NCBI GenBank assembly: GCA_965215185.1
Contig: OZ244034.1
Location: 1,376,001 to 1,440,000 of the forward strand
Origin: Acidimicrobiia bacterium
GTDB lineage: Bacteria > Actinomycetota > Acidimicrobiia > Spongiisociales > ZC4RG35
Direction: 5' to 3'
DNA: 64,000 bases
The stretch's first letter is position 1; each line of letters starts with the position of its first letter. The position numbers and the translations under genes are program-made. The notes beneath the pieces are model-generated. The model was given only the letters and a program-made list of their open reading frames with translations, was not told where the DNA came from and did no database searches. Positions 10,488 through 20,088 of the stretch are shown piece after piece.

Positions 10488-10961
10488 TTATAGGGGGAGG
10501 GAAATACCCCGCACCTTGCCTCCGGCGGCCAAGACTTCTTCGACAAGATCGATCCGATCCGCCAAAGTCGGAGAAGAGATCATTCGGGCCAACACTGCGC
10601 GATCAATCAGAATCGGGAGGGTTATCGAAACCACCTCCGAGCGTGGCAAGCTGCCCACCACCCAGCCTTCCTCCACCACCTTCACCGCCTCGGAGACCGG
10701 AAGAACCGAGACCGCCGCGTCAAATCCCTCCCCCAGGGCCTTCTTCAAGGTGTGAAGGACTTCTTCATCCGGCGCGGACCCGCTCGGAGCAAAGCTCACC
10801 GCATTGACGGTATGCGGCAGCCGGTCTAATGCATCCCGGACTTCTTGGCATTCCACCATCGCCATCTTCTGTGCGCCTGAGGCTTGCAACACAGAAAACA
10901 CCGCCACCTGCTGGAAGACACGGATTTGGGCGGGGGGTTGCGACGCTTGTGACATGGTCAC
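10488..10961 (-). CDS. Hypothetical protein resembling the C-terminal half of IspD
   Basis: AAVSVLPVSEAVKVVEEGWVVGSLPRSEVVSITLP resembles the IspD dimerisation arm; lacks the AGG.G.R nucleotide-binding loop. Confidence 0.55.
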   Translation of the reverse strand: MTMSQASQPPAQIRVFQQVAVFSVLQASGAQKMAMVECQEVRDALDRLPHTVNAVSFAPSGSAPDEEVLHTLKKALGEGFDAAVSVLPVSEAVKVVEEGWVVGSLPRSEVVSITLPILIDRAVLARMISSPTLADRIDLVEEVLAAGGKVRGISLPL

Positions 10962-10999
10962 CTCGGCTGGGCTGAGTCACCTACCCTACCTGTTGGCTG

Positions 11000-11725
11000 A
11001 TGAAAACCAACGGCGGTCGGGCGGCGGCAATCCTGCTGGCAGGAGGAAGGGGCGCTCGCGCTCGCGTCTCCACCAACAAGGCGTATGCCCCCGTTGGCGG
11101 ATTGCCCATGATCAGCTATTGCCTGCAAACCCTGGACCGCTCCCGCTGGGTGGTCCAACTGGTGCTGGTCATCAGACCGCAGGACCAGGAATTGGCCCGA
11201 CAGGTGGTGAGACAAGCCGGAGTCACCACTTCCTGGCAGATGGTGAACGGAGGCGGGTCCCGCCACGGAAGCGAATACCGAGGACTGCAAGCCCTTTCTC
11301 AACAGATCGCCAAAGGAGCAATCGACATGGTGGCGATCCATGACGGCGCCCGACCTTTCTTGACCCCCGCTTTACTCGATGCACTCTTCAGGGACGCCTA
11401 TCGCCACGGAGGGGCGGTCCCCACCCTGGCGTTGGAGGTCCCCACCCACCGAATGTCCGATGATCAGGACCTGGTGGCGGTGGGGCAAACCCGACTCCAG
11501 AGAGCGCAAACCCCCCAGATCTTTTCAGCCCCGCAACTGTTTTCCGCCTATCACCGCGCCCAGCAGGCCGGGTTCGAAGGGGTGGACACCGCCGAGACCG
11601 CCGAGCGTTTTTCCGATCTGAAAATAAAGGCCACCCCCGGGGACCCGGAGAACTTGAAGCTCACCTTCCCCGAAGACTTCCAAACAGCCGAGATCCTGGC
11701 CGAACGTCGAAGACTCATTCGCTGA
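11000..11725 (+). CDS. ispD: 2-C-methyl-D-erythritol 4-phosphate cytidylyltransferase
   Basis: LAGGRGAR..NKAY, IHDGARPF, QTPQ and NLKLTFPED motifs. Confidence 0.9.
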   Translation: MKTNGGRAAAILLAGGRGARARVSTNKAYAPVGGLPMISYCLQTLDRSRWVVQLVLVIRPQDQELARQVVRQAGVTTSWQMVNGGGSRHGSEYRGLQALSQQIAKGAIDMVAIHDGARPFLTPALLDALFRDAYRHGGAVPTLALEVPTHRMSDDQDLVAVGQTRLQRAQTPQIFSAPQLFSAYHRAQQAGFEGVDTAETAERFSDLKIKATPGDPENLKLTFPEDFQTAEILAERRRLIR

Positions 11726-11765
11726 CCGGCGTCGAGCCCGACGGGAACCGGTTCTTCTGCGGCGC

Positions 11766-12266
11766 TCAGTGACCGCCGCGCTTCACGCCGCCGTATTTCA
11801 TCCGGGTGTCGCTCATGGCTGCCGCCCTAATGCTGTCCTCGCGAATTCCAGCGTCCACCACCTCTCCCACGAACAGGGTGTGGGTTCCCATATCAATGGC
11901 CTTGCGCACCTCACAATCCATGTAGGCGATGGCGTCTTCGAATATCGGAGCACCGGTTATTCCTCTTCGCACCGCTCGTTTGTTGAGGGTCATCCCCTCG
12001 CGCACGGCAGGCTTGGAGAATTTCACAAAAACGCGTTTGTCGCCAGGATCCCACAGGTTGACAGTGAAACTGCCTCCCTCCGATATCAGCCGATGGGTGA
12101 CCGCGCTGTTGTCAACACTGATCCCGATGAGGACCGGTTCCATGGAAAGCTGCGTTATCCAAGAGGTGGTCATCCCGTTCCAGGTCTCCCCGGAGGCAGA
12201 GCCGACCAAAGCCAGAGCGTTGGGAATTTTCCAAGTTACCTTGTTTAGGAGTTGGTTATCAAGCAT
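11766..12266 (-). CDS. Flavin reductase family protein
   Basis: NGMTTSW...SMEP, GSFTVN, TGAPI and GTHTLFVGEV motifs; start moved to ATG 12266. Confidence 0.9.
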   Translation of the reverse strand: MLDNQLLNKVTWKIPNALALVGSASGETWNGMTTSWITQLSMEPVLIGISVDNSAVTHRLISEGGSFTVNLWDPGDKRVFVKFSKPAVREGMTLNKRAVRRGITGAPIFEDAIAYMDCEVRKAIDMGTHTLFVGEVVDAGIREDSIRAAAMSDTRMKYGGVKRGGH

Positions 12267-12285
12267 TCCCTGTATTCTGGCAGAT

Positions 12286-12771
12286 GTGCGCATCTTGGTT
12301 TGTACATCGGGTGTGCTGCAAGCACCACCGGTAATCGACTTCTGCGCGTCCTTGGTGGGCGAACGCGGAAAAGTCGTGATTCTCACTGTTGTTCAGGTGC
12401 CCAAATCCTTGCTCAGCAAGTTCCGGCGGATGCCCCGTTCGTTTTTCTCCGAGGTGACCGAAGATAGCCCCAAGCAAGCCTCCGCCGCCGAGGATGACTA
12501 CGTCCGGGAGCGGGGAGAGCGGGCCGTGGCCACCCTGGCCAGCGGGTTCCGAGCGGCGGGGATCGACCCGGAGCTCTCCTATGTTTCCGGTCAGGACTTG
12601 GCGGAGGCGATCGTCACCGAGGCCGAGAACATGAGCGCCGATCTGATCGTGATGGGCGCCACTCGTCAGCTCTTTGAGCCGGAAGTGTGGTCGTCGGTGA
12701 CCGCCCGGGTCAGCCAGGAATGCAGGCGCCCCCTGCTCCTGATGCCCACCAGAGGGCCCGACGCGCCATAA
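12286..12771 (+). CDS. Universal stress protein (UspA domain)
   Basis: RILVCT N-terminus, ADLIVMGA and SSVTARVSQECRRPLLLMP C-terminus; GTG start at 12286. Confidence 0.82.
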   Translation: MRILVCTSGVLQAPPVIDFCASLVGERGKVVILTVVQVPKSLLSKFRRMPRSFFSEVTEDSPKQASAAEDDYVRERGERAVATLASGFRAAGIDPELSYVSGQDLAEAIVTEAENMSADLIVMGATRQLFEPEVWSSVTARVSQECRRPLLLMPTRGPDAP

Positions 12772-12779
12772 AGCGCATA

Positions 12780-12804
12780 CCGCCCGGACTGTCGAACCGG
12801 GCGG
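12780..12804 (+). terminator. Stem-loop downstream of the USP gene
   Basis: CCGCCCGG-ACTGTCGAA-CCGGGCGG, perfect 8-bp GC stem 8 nt after the stop codon. Confidence 0.55.
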
Positions 12805-13168
12805 ATTAAGGAACAGGAGGAGCCCTCCCACGTCCGGCGGACTGCCCGCCACCTCTAATTCCTTTAATTCTTTGGGGTTCCCCTCCCGACCCGCCGCCTC
12901 CTGGCCGTCGGACAAATGTCGGACAGGTGCAGGCTTATCCGAAACCGAAGGGTTTTCAGTCGTCGGCTTGAGGCTCGCCCCTGGGAGGACCTTTTACTAT
13001 GTCGCCGTCCTCGGAGGCGACACTTTCGCTGATGATGGCGATCCGGACCGCACGATCATGTTTGTCCCCTCAATATGTGACGTCCCTGCGACATTCGCAA
13101 GCCTTTGACGCCGGTTTGTCACAGCTTCACGACTGCCGGCGGGCGGCTGGCATTCTCCGGGCCGGGAC

Positions 13169-13981
13169 CTAACCAATCCCCCTGGCGCGGTTGATGGCCT
13201 GCCGCAGGTCCGAGGCGGCCCGGGCCATGTCCGGGGCGGTGGTGATTCCCCGGGAACTGTTGATAATCAGTCCCCTCCCGTCGGAAGTGAGGCCGGCCTT
13301 CAGCACCTCTTCCAAGCTGCCACCCTGAGCGCCCACCCCGGGTACCAAAAAGGTGAGGTCGCCAACCAGCCGACGGGCGATGCGCAAATCTTGGGGGCGG
13401 GTGGCGCCCATCACCAGTAGACAATTGCCGAGGCTGTTCCACTCCTCTGCCACCATGCGCGCCACCCGCTGCCAGAGCGGCTCTCCCTCCACCTCCAGAG
13501 CTTGCAGATCGTCAGCGCCCGGGTTGGAGGTACGACACAGGATCACACAGCCCCGCTCCCCGCGGTCCAGGAAGGGCCGGAGAGCTTCCCTCCCCAGCCA
13601 GGGGTTCAGAGTTACCGCGTGGAACCCCAGCCGGTCGAACAGGAACCGAGCGTAGGCCTGACTCGTGGACCCTATGTCAGCGCGTTTGGCGTCTCCGATC
13701 ACCGGGATGTCGGGATACCGGGACGCCAGGTATTCCATGATCTTCTCCAAAGAGGCCACTCCCGCCGACCCCCTCGCCTCATAGAAGGCCAGGTTGGGTT
13801 TGAAAGCGCACACATACCGATGGGTCCGGGAGATAACCCGTCGCGCCCATTCGAACAACGGGTCGCTCCCATCCCGGGTCCCCTCCCCCGACACCAGCCC
13901 GGGGGCGGGGTCCAATCCCACACACAGCAGACTTTCGGCCGATTCCATCCGGGTGGCCAGAAGTTCGGAGAACCCGATCAT
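13169..13981 (-). CDS. pyrF: Orotidine-5'-phosphate decarboxylase (type 2)
   Basis: LCVGLDP, FKPNLAFYE, DAKRADIGST and PGVGAQGG motifs. Confidence 0.95.
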   Translation of the reverse strand: MIGFSELLATRMESAESLLCVGLDPAPGLVSGEGTRDGSDPLFEWARRVISRTHRYVCAFKPNLAFYEARGSAGVASLEKIMEYLASRYPDIPVIGDAKRADIGSTSQAYARFLFDRLGFHAVTLNPWLGREALRPFLDRGERGCVILCRTSNPGADDLQALEVEGEPLWQRVARMVAEEWNSLGNCLLVMGATRPQDLRIARRLVGDLTFLVPGVGAQGGSLEEVLKAGLTSDGRGLIINSSRGITTAPDMARAASDLRQAINRARGIG

Positions 13982-14617
13982 CTAAACCCCCGACTCCCAA
14001 CCGTGGGGGTCTGACCACCATCGCCGCGCCTGCGCCACTGCCCCCGAAGGGAAGTCTCCTCTCTCCTCGGCGGCATCCAACAACTCCATGAAGGGCGCCA
14101 GAAAACATAGTTCCACCCTCACTTGTGCGAAGGCGGCCAGGGTCTCGGGGAAGCCGTATCCGGCCACCGCCATGCAGACCGTCACTTCCGCCCCCGCCTT
14201 CTGAAGGGCGCCTACCGCCTCCAAACTGGAACCTCCGGTGGTCACCACATCCTCCACCAGCACCACCCGCCGTGCTTCGACATCCGCTCCCTCCACTGCT
14301 CTTCCCCGGCCGTGGCGCTTGGCTTCCTTGCGGACGAAACAGGAGGGCAATCCGGCGGCGTATGCCACGGCTGAACTGTGCGGAATGCCCCCCACCGTCA
14401 CTCCCGCCACCACCTGCGGATCCCACCCCGATCCGGTCAACTTCTCTCCCATACCTTCGATCACCGTCCGCCAGGCGTGGGGATCCCCGATCAACCGCCG
14501 GATATCCATGTACACCGGAGAACGGATCCCCGAAGCGAAGGTGATGGGGTCATCGGGAGCGAAGATCAGAACCCCCGCCTCCAACAGAGCCCCCGCAGAT
14601 GTTCGAGCCAAAGTCAT
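13982..14617 (-). CDS. pyrE: Orotate phosphoribosyltransferase
   Basis: FASGIRSPVYMD, RKEAKRHG and VEDVVTTGGS; ATGA overlap with pyrD. Confidence 0.93.
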   Translation of the reverse strand: MTLARTSAGALLEAGVLIFAPDDPITFASGIRSPVYMDIRRLIGDPHAWRTVIEGMGEKLTGSGWDPQVVAGVTVGGIPHSSAVAYAAGLPSCFVRKEAKRHGRGRAVEGADVEARRVVLVEDVVTTGGSSLEAVGALQKAGAEVTVCMAVAGYGFPETLAAFAQVRVELCFLAPFMELLDAAEERGDFPSGAVAQARRWWSDPHGWESGV

Positions 14618-15726
14618 CGCAGTTTTTGTGACTCCGACAGGATCAGCGCCGGAGCGGTCGGTCCACGAAACACCAAAGCGCTCCAATACTGAACCGCCGC
14701 CGCTCCCCGGGCACGAAAGTCCTGGAAACTGGGACCGTCCAGCACTCCCCCACAACCCACTATCTCAAAATCCAGACGCAGTTGCCGACGGGCCGATGCC
14801 AATTCCTGCACCGCCGCGAGGGCCCGAGCGTGAAGAGAGGCGCCCCCCACCCCCACTCCGATCTCAGTCCCCGAAAGCTGGCCCGGCGCGGTATTGGTGG
14901 CAACCACCGCCTCGGCTCCCCCCTCCACCGCCGCTTGGGCGATGGCGCCATATCGCCCCTCGCCCACATCGGGGCCCACCTTCACCCACAGGGCGGTTTC
15001 TTCGGCCAGTTCACCGCGAACCGCCCGGCACAGGCGGTTCACCTCCTCGGGAAGAGCGGCATGTTCATATCCCTGGGGCACATTGGGGCAACTGATGTTC
15101 ACAGTGGTCCAAGCGGGGCGGAGTCCAGCCTCGTGAAACAAACGAGCCGCCTCGGCCACCTCATCATTACGGCGGATGGGATCGGTCTGATCGGGGTCGG
15201 AGGCCAGGCTGATCCCGTAGACATCGGGAAGATCATCCGACCGCCCGGCCAAGAATGCCGAAGCCGCGGCGGCTCCCGGGTTGCGAAGACCCACCCGGTT
15301 AAGCAGGCTGTGATTGGCTGTATCCCGCCACAGCACCTGTCCGGTATTGCCCAACCGCGGGTAGGGGGTGAAAGATCCCATCTCCACCGGTCCCAAGAGA
15401 GCTGCCACCGATCGCCATCCCGGGATGACGTTGCGACCCCCCTCCACCGCCCGCATCGCCCCGTCTTCGGTGGCGAATCCCTCCCCCTTGACCAGCCCGG
15501 CCGCCAAGATGAGCGGCGATTCCAGGCTGACGCGGCCCACCTGGGCGGGAGAAGCGGACCGCAGCCGATAACGGGCCGCGGCCCTGCACAGGCCCGATCG
15601 CCGATCCAAAGCTCCCAAACGCCTGATGATCAGTCGGTGCGCCTCGTCGGCGGATCGGGCGAAAAGAAAACGGCGCAGCACCCGATAGATGGCCTCCCCG
15701 GCCGCGAGTTCAATAGATGTTGGCAT
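14614..15726 (-). CDS. pyrD: Dihydroorotate dehydrogenase (divergent)
   Basis: LAAGLVK, NRVGLRNPG, NISCPN, VKVGP, ATNT and GCGGV motifs; pyr operon context. Confidence 0.85.
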   Translation of the reverse strand: MPTSIELAAGEAIYRVLRRFLFARSADEAHRLIIRRLGALDRRSGLCRAAARYRLRSASPAQVGRVSLESPLILAAGLVKGEGFATEDGAMRAVEGGRNVIPGWRSVAALLGPVEMGSFTPYPRLGNTGQVLWRDTANHSLLNRVGLRNPGAAAASAFLAGRSDDLPDVYGISLASDPDQTDPIRRNDEVAEAARLFHEAGLRPAWTTVNISCPNVPQGYEHAALPEEVNRLCRAVRGELAEETALWVKVGPDVGEGRYGAIAQAAVEGGAEAVVATNTAPGQLSGTEIGVGVGGASLHARALAAVQELASARRQLRLDFEIVGCGGVLDGPSFQDFRARGAAAVQYWSALVFRGPTAPALILSESQKLR

Positions 15727-16792
15727 ATAGGTTCGATCCGAATCCCTTCGGCGCCAAGACTTCACCGTCCTCGAAAACCACCCTACCCCGGATAACCACT
15801 CTTCTCACCACTGCCCGCACTTGCATTCCCGAAAACGGCGTCCAGCCACATGAAGTGTAGAGACCATCGGATGTGACAATCCGGTGGGCGTCGGTGTCCA
15901 CCAGCGTGTAGGTCTCGGCCGGGTCGGGATCCAAACCGAAAATGCGGCGGGGAGCAACCGAGACCAATTCGACCGCTCGCTGCAAAGAGAGCCGCCCCTC
16001 CCGGACCGCCGTGAATAGGACAGGAATGGTGGTCTCCAATCCCGGAACTCCAAAGGGTGTGGGATCGCCCAGTTTCTCTTCCCAGGTGTGTGGGGCGTGA
16101 TCGGACTCCACCACGTCTATCACCCTCTGCCGTATCCCCTCCCACAGCGCCTCTCGGTCCGATGGGGTGCCGAGAGGTGGTTTCATCACCCCCTTGGGAC
16201 CCAGTTCAGAAAGGTCCCCGTCGGTGAAGAACAGGTGATGAGGGCAGACCCCGGCCGTTATTTGAGTCCCCCGGCCCTTGTGTTCAGCCACCTCGGAGAC
16301 CGCCCGGGCGGTGTCGATATGACAAAGATGGCCTCTCTTTCCGTGCCGGGCCAGCGACGCCAGGAACCTGCCCACCATTTCCCCTTCGGCGTGAGCGGCC
16401 AGCACCCCCGGACCCGGCCAGGAGACGACCTGGTGATCCATCTGGGATGGGGTGATGGTCAGCCCTCCGGTAGTGTGCCCGCAATAGAGCTTGATGCCGC
16501 ACACCCCCCGGGAGAGAAGGGCCAACTCTGCGTCACTTCTCACCCCCGAGGGGTGAGCGCCCAGCCATACCCCGTAATCACAGTGGGCGTTTTCCGCCAG
16601 ATCGGCCAGCTTGCGCTCCAGACCGGAACGGTCGGTGGTGGGCGGAGGAGCGTTGGGCATGTCCAAAACAGCCGTGTATCCTCCCGCCAGGGCAGCGGCG
16701 GTCTCGGTTGCGAAATCCCCCTTGTGCGCCCACTCCATCCCCCGCAGGTGAACATGGGGATCAATCGCCCCGACGATACGCACCAGACTCAT
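15710..16792 (-). CDS. pyrC: Dihydroorotase (CAD-domain-like)
   Basis: DPHVHLR, AALAGG..DMPN, HAE, CPHHL and SDHAPHT motifs; pyr operon context. Confidence 0.9.
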   Translation of the reverse strand: MSLVRIVGAIDPHVHLRGMEWAHKGDFATETAAALAGGYTAVLDMPNAPPPTTDRSGLERKLADLAENAHCDYGVWLGAHPSGVRSDAELALLSRGVCGIKLYCGHTTGGLTITPSQMDHQVVSWPGPGVLAAHAEGEMVGRFLASLARHGKRGHLCHIDTARAVSEVAEHKGRGTQITAGVCPHHLFFTDGDLSELGPKGVMKPPLGTPSDREALWEGIRQRVIDVVESDHAPHTWEEKLGDPTPFGVPGLETTIPVLFTAVREGRLSLQRAVELVSVAPRRIFGLDPDPAETYTLVDTDAHRIVTSDGLYTSCGWTPFSGMQVRAVVRRVVIRGRVVFEDGEVLAPKGFGSNLYANIY

Positions 16793-16844
16793 GATCCTCT
16801 CGCCCCCATCTGGCCCAAACACCCAACCGCCAGCCTCGAGAACC

Positions 16845-17528
16845 TCATTTGGCTGCCCGAAGGGCTGCGATCATCTTCATAACCTGCGCCGCTGCTTGGT
16901 CAGGACTGAGAGCGGTGGTATCGAGCACCACCGCATCGGGCATCCGACGCAAGGGTGAAACAGCCCGGGCGGCGTCCTTTTCGTCCCGGCGGGCCAGGCT
17001 TTCGGCTACCTGCCCGGCGTCCGGCGCCGAGGCCAGTTCGGCCGTGCGACGACGGGCCCGCTCGTCCGAGGATGCGGTCAGGTAGATCTTCACCGGGGCA
17101 TCGGGGAAAACCACCGAACCGATGTCCCGTCCCTCCACCACCGCCGATCCTCCCCGATCCCGCACCCAGAGGCGTTGGCGTTCCACCAGAATCTTTCGCA
17201 CCCCCGGCAACGCCGCCACCCGGCTGGTAGCCTCCGTCACCCGGGGGGTCCTGATCTCGGTCTCCACATCCTGGTCATCCAGGCAGGTTCGCCCCTCCCC
17301 CTGACCGATCGACGCTCGGCGCACCACCTCCACCGCCGCCGTTTCATTTTCGGGGTCAACACCCGACCGAAGAACTGCCAATGCCGCAGCCCGGTAAAAA
17401 GCTCCAGTGTCCAGACACGCCAGCCCCAGTTCCGAGGCCACCCGCCGGGCCAAAGTGCTCTTGCCGCCGGCCGCCGGGCCGTCGATGGCGACCACCCCCA
17501 GCCACCCCCCGTCCTGACCGATACTCAC
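16845..17528 (-). CDS. cmk: Cytidylate kinase
   Basis: AIDGPAAGGKST, LDTGAFYR and EGRDIGSVVFP; GTGA overlap with aroA. Confidence 0.95.
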   Translation of the reverse strand: MSIGQDGGWLGVVAIDGPAAGGKSTLARRVASELGLACLDTGAFYRAAALAVLRSGVDPENETAAVEVVRRASIGQGEGRTCLDDQDVETEIRTPRVTEATSRVAALPGVRKILVERQRLWVRDRGGSAVVEGRDIGSVVFPDAPVKIYLTASSDERARRRTAELASAPDAGQVAESLARRDEKDAARAVSPLRRMPDAVVLDTTALSPDQAAAQVMKMIAALRAAK

Positions 17529-18808
17529 AGTGTGTCCAACATAGCGAAAAAGCCGGGCCAGGTCTTGGTTACGCACCCCGGGTTCAAGATCTCCACCCCG
17601 GACTGGCGTAGCCCCACCAGCGCGAACGACATGGCCATGCGGTGATCGTCGTAGGTGTGGAATCGGGCGGGGCGAAGCCTTTTGGGACGGATGATCAGAT
17701 CGTCTCCCTCCACCACCGCCTCGGCCCCGGCCCTCGACAGTTCCCGGGAGAGGGCGGCCAGGCGGTCGGTCTCCTTGAGGCGCAAGGTGCCCAGATTTCG
17801 CAGTCGACTGGGTCCATCAGCGAACAGACACACCACCGCCAGGCCCAGCACCGCGTCGGGCATGCCACCCATATCCCGGTCCACTCCCTGCAGGGCTCCC
17901 TCCGTGGGACCCTCCACCACCAGTCGGGCTCCCAACCAGCGGACCGAGCATCCCATCTCCTCCATGACCTCCGTTATCGCCATATCGGCCTGGGTGGATC
18001 GGGAACAAAGGCCCTCGATCCCCACCACGCCGCCGGTGATGGCCGCCGCAGCCATCGGATAGACCGCCGCCGAGGCATCGGCTTCTATCTCGAAGTGCGA
18101 CGCCCGGTACCCGCCCGGATTCACCCGAAACACGGTGCCCGCATCGCCTTCCACTTCGGCTCCGAAGGCCCGCATTACATCCAGGGTGGTCTGCACATAG
18201 GGACCGGAAACCATTTCACCCCGGGTGTGGATGGTCATCTCCTCCTCGGCCATGGGCGCCGCCATCAATAGCGCCGATAAGAACTGGGAAGATCGGGAGA
18301 CATCCACACTGATCTGTCCACCCGAAAGTCCGCCGCCCCGCACTGTCACAGGAAAATACCCCCCATAAGTTTCGATCCGGACTCCGGCTTCGCTCAAAGC
18401 CGCGGTCAAGTCTTCGATGGGCCGCTCTCTCATCCGCCTCGTACCGTCGATCCTCACCGGGCCGGGCGCCAGGGCGGCCACCGCCGTGAGGAAACGGGCG
18501 GTGGTGCCCGACGCTCCCACGTCCAGCACCCCACTGGGAGCAGACAGTTGTCCGCCGGTTCCCAACACCAGCCAGGGGTCGTCGACATCGTCGATCAACA
18601 CTCCCAATTGCCGCAAGCCCTCTCGCATCACCTCGGTGTCGTCCGCCTCGAGCGGCCCCGCCAGACGACTGGCGCCTCCCTTGGCTAAAGACGCGATCAC
18701 CAAGGCGCGGTTGGTGATGCTCTTGGAACCGGGGGGCCGCACCACCCCCTCTACCGGGTGTCTACGCACCGCTATTTCCACTAACGGGGGGAAGTCTGTC
18801 TCCACCAT
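17525..18808 (-). CDS. aroA: 3-phosphoshikimate 1-carboxyvinyltransferase
   Basis: PGSKSITNR, SGTTARF, SSQFLS, KETDRL and DDHRMAM motifs. Confidence 0.96.
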   Translation of the reverse strand: MVETDFPPLVEIAVRRHPVEGVVRPPGSKSITNRALVIASLAKGGASRLAGPLEADDTEVMREGLRQLGVLIDDVDDPWLVLGTGGQLSAPSGVLDVGASGTTARFLTAVAALAPGPVRIDGTRRMRERPIEDLTAALSEAGVRIETYGGYFPVTVRGGGLSGGQISVDVSRSSQFLSALLMAAPMAEEEMTIHTRGEMVSGPYVQTTLDVMRAFGAEVEGDAGTVFRVNPGGYRASHFEIEADASAAVYPMAAAAITGGVVGIEGLCSRSTQADMAITEVMEEMGCSVRWLGARLVVEGPTEGALQGVDRDMGGMPDAVLGLAVVCLFADGPSRLRNLGTLRLKETDRLAALSRELSRAGAEAVVEGDDLIIRPKRLRPARFHTYDDHRMAMSFALVGLRQSGVEILNPGCVTKTWPGFFAMLDTL

Positions 18809-18815
18809 GCCGAGC

Positions 18816-19568
18816 CTATTGCCCCGACGCCGCCCGATAAAGCGCCGCCACCTCCTGGCTTGACAGCTTGCGCCACCTTCCTGGACGAAGTGACACATCG
18901 CGAAGTGGTCCGATCGCCACCCTCACCAGCCGACGGACCGGATAACCAATCGCCTCCATCATCCGCCTTATCTCCTGGTTTCGCCCCTCGCCCATCACCA
19001 ATTCCAGTTGCGCCTCCCGTGCGGTGCGATCCACCAGCCGGGCCTGCAGCGCCCAGGCCGGTCCGTCCTCCAGTTGCACGCCCTTGGTCAGCCGACGGAC
19101 CGTGGCCGGCCCGGGCACGCCCTCCACCAGCACCCTGTAGGTCTTGGAGACTCCATAGCGGGGGTGGGTGACCAGGTTGGTCAACTCGCCGTCGTTGCTC
19201 AACAGGATCAGACCTTCGCTGCGACGGTCAAGCCTTCCCACCGGCCACACCCGGGGATGGTCAGGCACCAGATCCACCACCTTCTCCGAGGCGTGGGGAT
19301 CAGAAGTGGTGGAGATCACCCACAGCGGTTTGTTGAGCAGGTAGGTAATCAGATGGGGAGCCAGGGGTATGGGCGCCCCGTCCACTTTCACCACCGAGCG
19401 GGCCGGGTCAACCCGATCACCCAGCCGAGCCTGCCGCCCGTCGATGGTCACCCTTCCCTGTGCGACAAGAACCTCCGCCGCCCTCCGAGACATCAACCCG
19501 GCGGCGGAGATGGCCTTCTGCAGCCGTACCCGGCTATCCGGGGCGGAGTGACGCGGCGGCAAGGTCAT
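18816..19568 (-). CDS. rluB: RluB-type rRNA pseudouridine synthase
   Basis: S4 domain (RLQKAISAAGLMSRR), VGRLD, LVTHPRY and EGRNQEIRRM. Confidence 0.88.
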   Translation of the reverse strand: MTLPPRHSAPDSRVRLQKAISAAGLMSRRAAEVLVAQGRVTIDGRQARLGDRVDPARSVVKVDGAPIPLAPHLITYLLNKPLWVISTTSDPHASEKVVDLVPDHPRVWPVGRLDRRSEGLILLSNDGELTNLVTHPRYGVSKTYRVLVEGVPGPATVRRLTKGVQLEDGPAWALQARLVDRTAREAQLELVMGEGRNQEIRRMMEAIGYPVRRLVRVAIGPLRDVSLRPGRWRKLSSQEVAALYRAASGQ

Positions 19569-20088
19569 CCACCACCTCCGGTGAGGGTACGCGATCCGAT
19601 AATGGCGGCAACTCCTCCAAGCTGCCCAAACCCAGCTTCTCCAACAACAATTCGGTGGTTCCGTACAGAATGGCAGAGCCGGGAACCGCGAGTCGTCCAA
19701 CCACCTCGATCAACCCGGTCTTCTCCAGAGTGCGCAGCGGCGAAGTGGACTCTACCCCTCGGATTTCGTTGATCTGGTTTCTCGACACCGGTTGTCGATA
19801 GGTGATCACCGCCAACACCTCCTGAGCGGGAAGTGACAGCCTGCGGATCGGGTCACGACCCACGAATCCCTCCACATAATCAGACAACTCGGGACGGGTA
19901 TAAAGACGCCACCCCCCCGCCACCTGCTCCAGACACAGGCCTCTGTCGGGCGAATTGAGGCGGCGAGACAGCGCCTCCAGTTCCGACTGCACCTCGCTTG
20001 GGGCGATTGCCAGGACCTCGCAAAGGCGCCGGGACGATACCGGCGCTTCCGCCACGAATAAGATGGCCTCCAAGGCGGCGGCTCTCAC
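19534..20088 (-). CDS. scpB: SMC-Scp complex subunit ScpB
   Basis: LEAILFV, VAGGWRLYT, EVLAVITYRQPVSR..IRGV and LYGTT; GTG start overlapping the scpA stop. Confidence 0.93.
   Translation of the reverse strand: MRAAALEAILFVAEAPVSSRRLCEVLAIAPSEVQSELEALSRRLNSPDRGLCLEQVAGGWRLYTRPELSDYVEGFVGRDPIRRLSLPAQEVLAVITYRQPVSRNQINEIRGVESTSPLRTLEKTGLIEVVGRLAVPGSAILYGTTELLLEKLGLGSLEELPPLSDRVPSPEVVDDLAAASLRPG

Noticed and set aside
12872-13172. Short ORFs between the USP gene and pyrF, one with a GGAGG upstream
   Set aside because: No motif or coding signal that I can support; could be gene debris.
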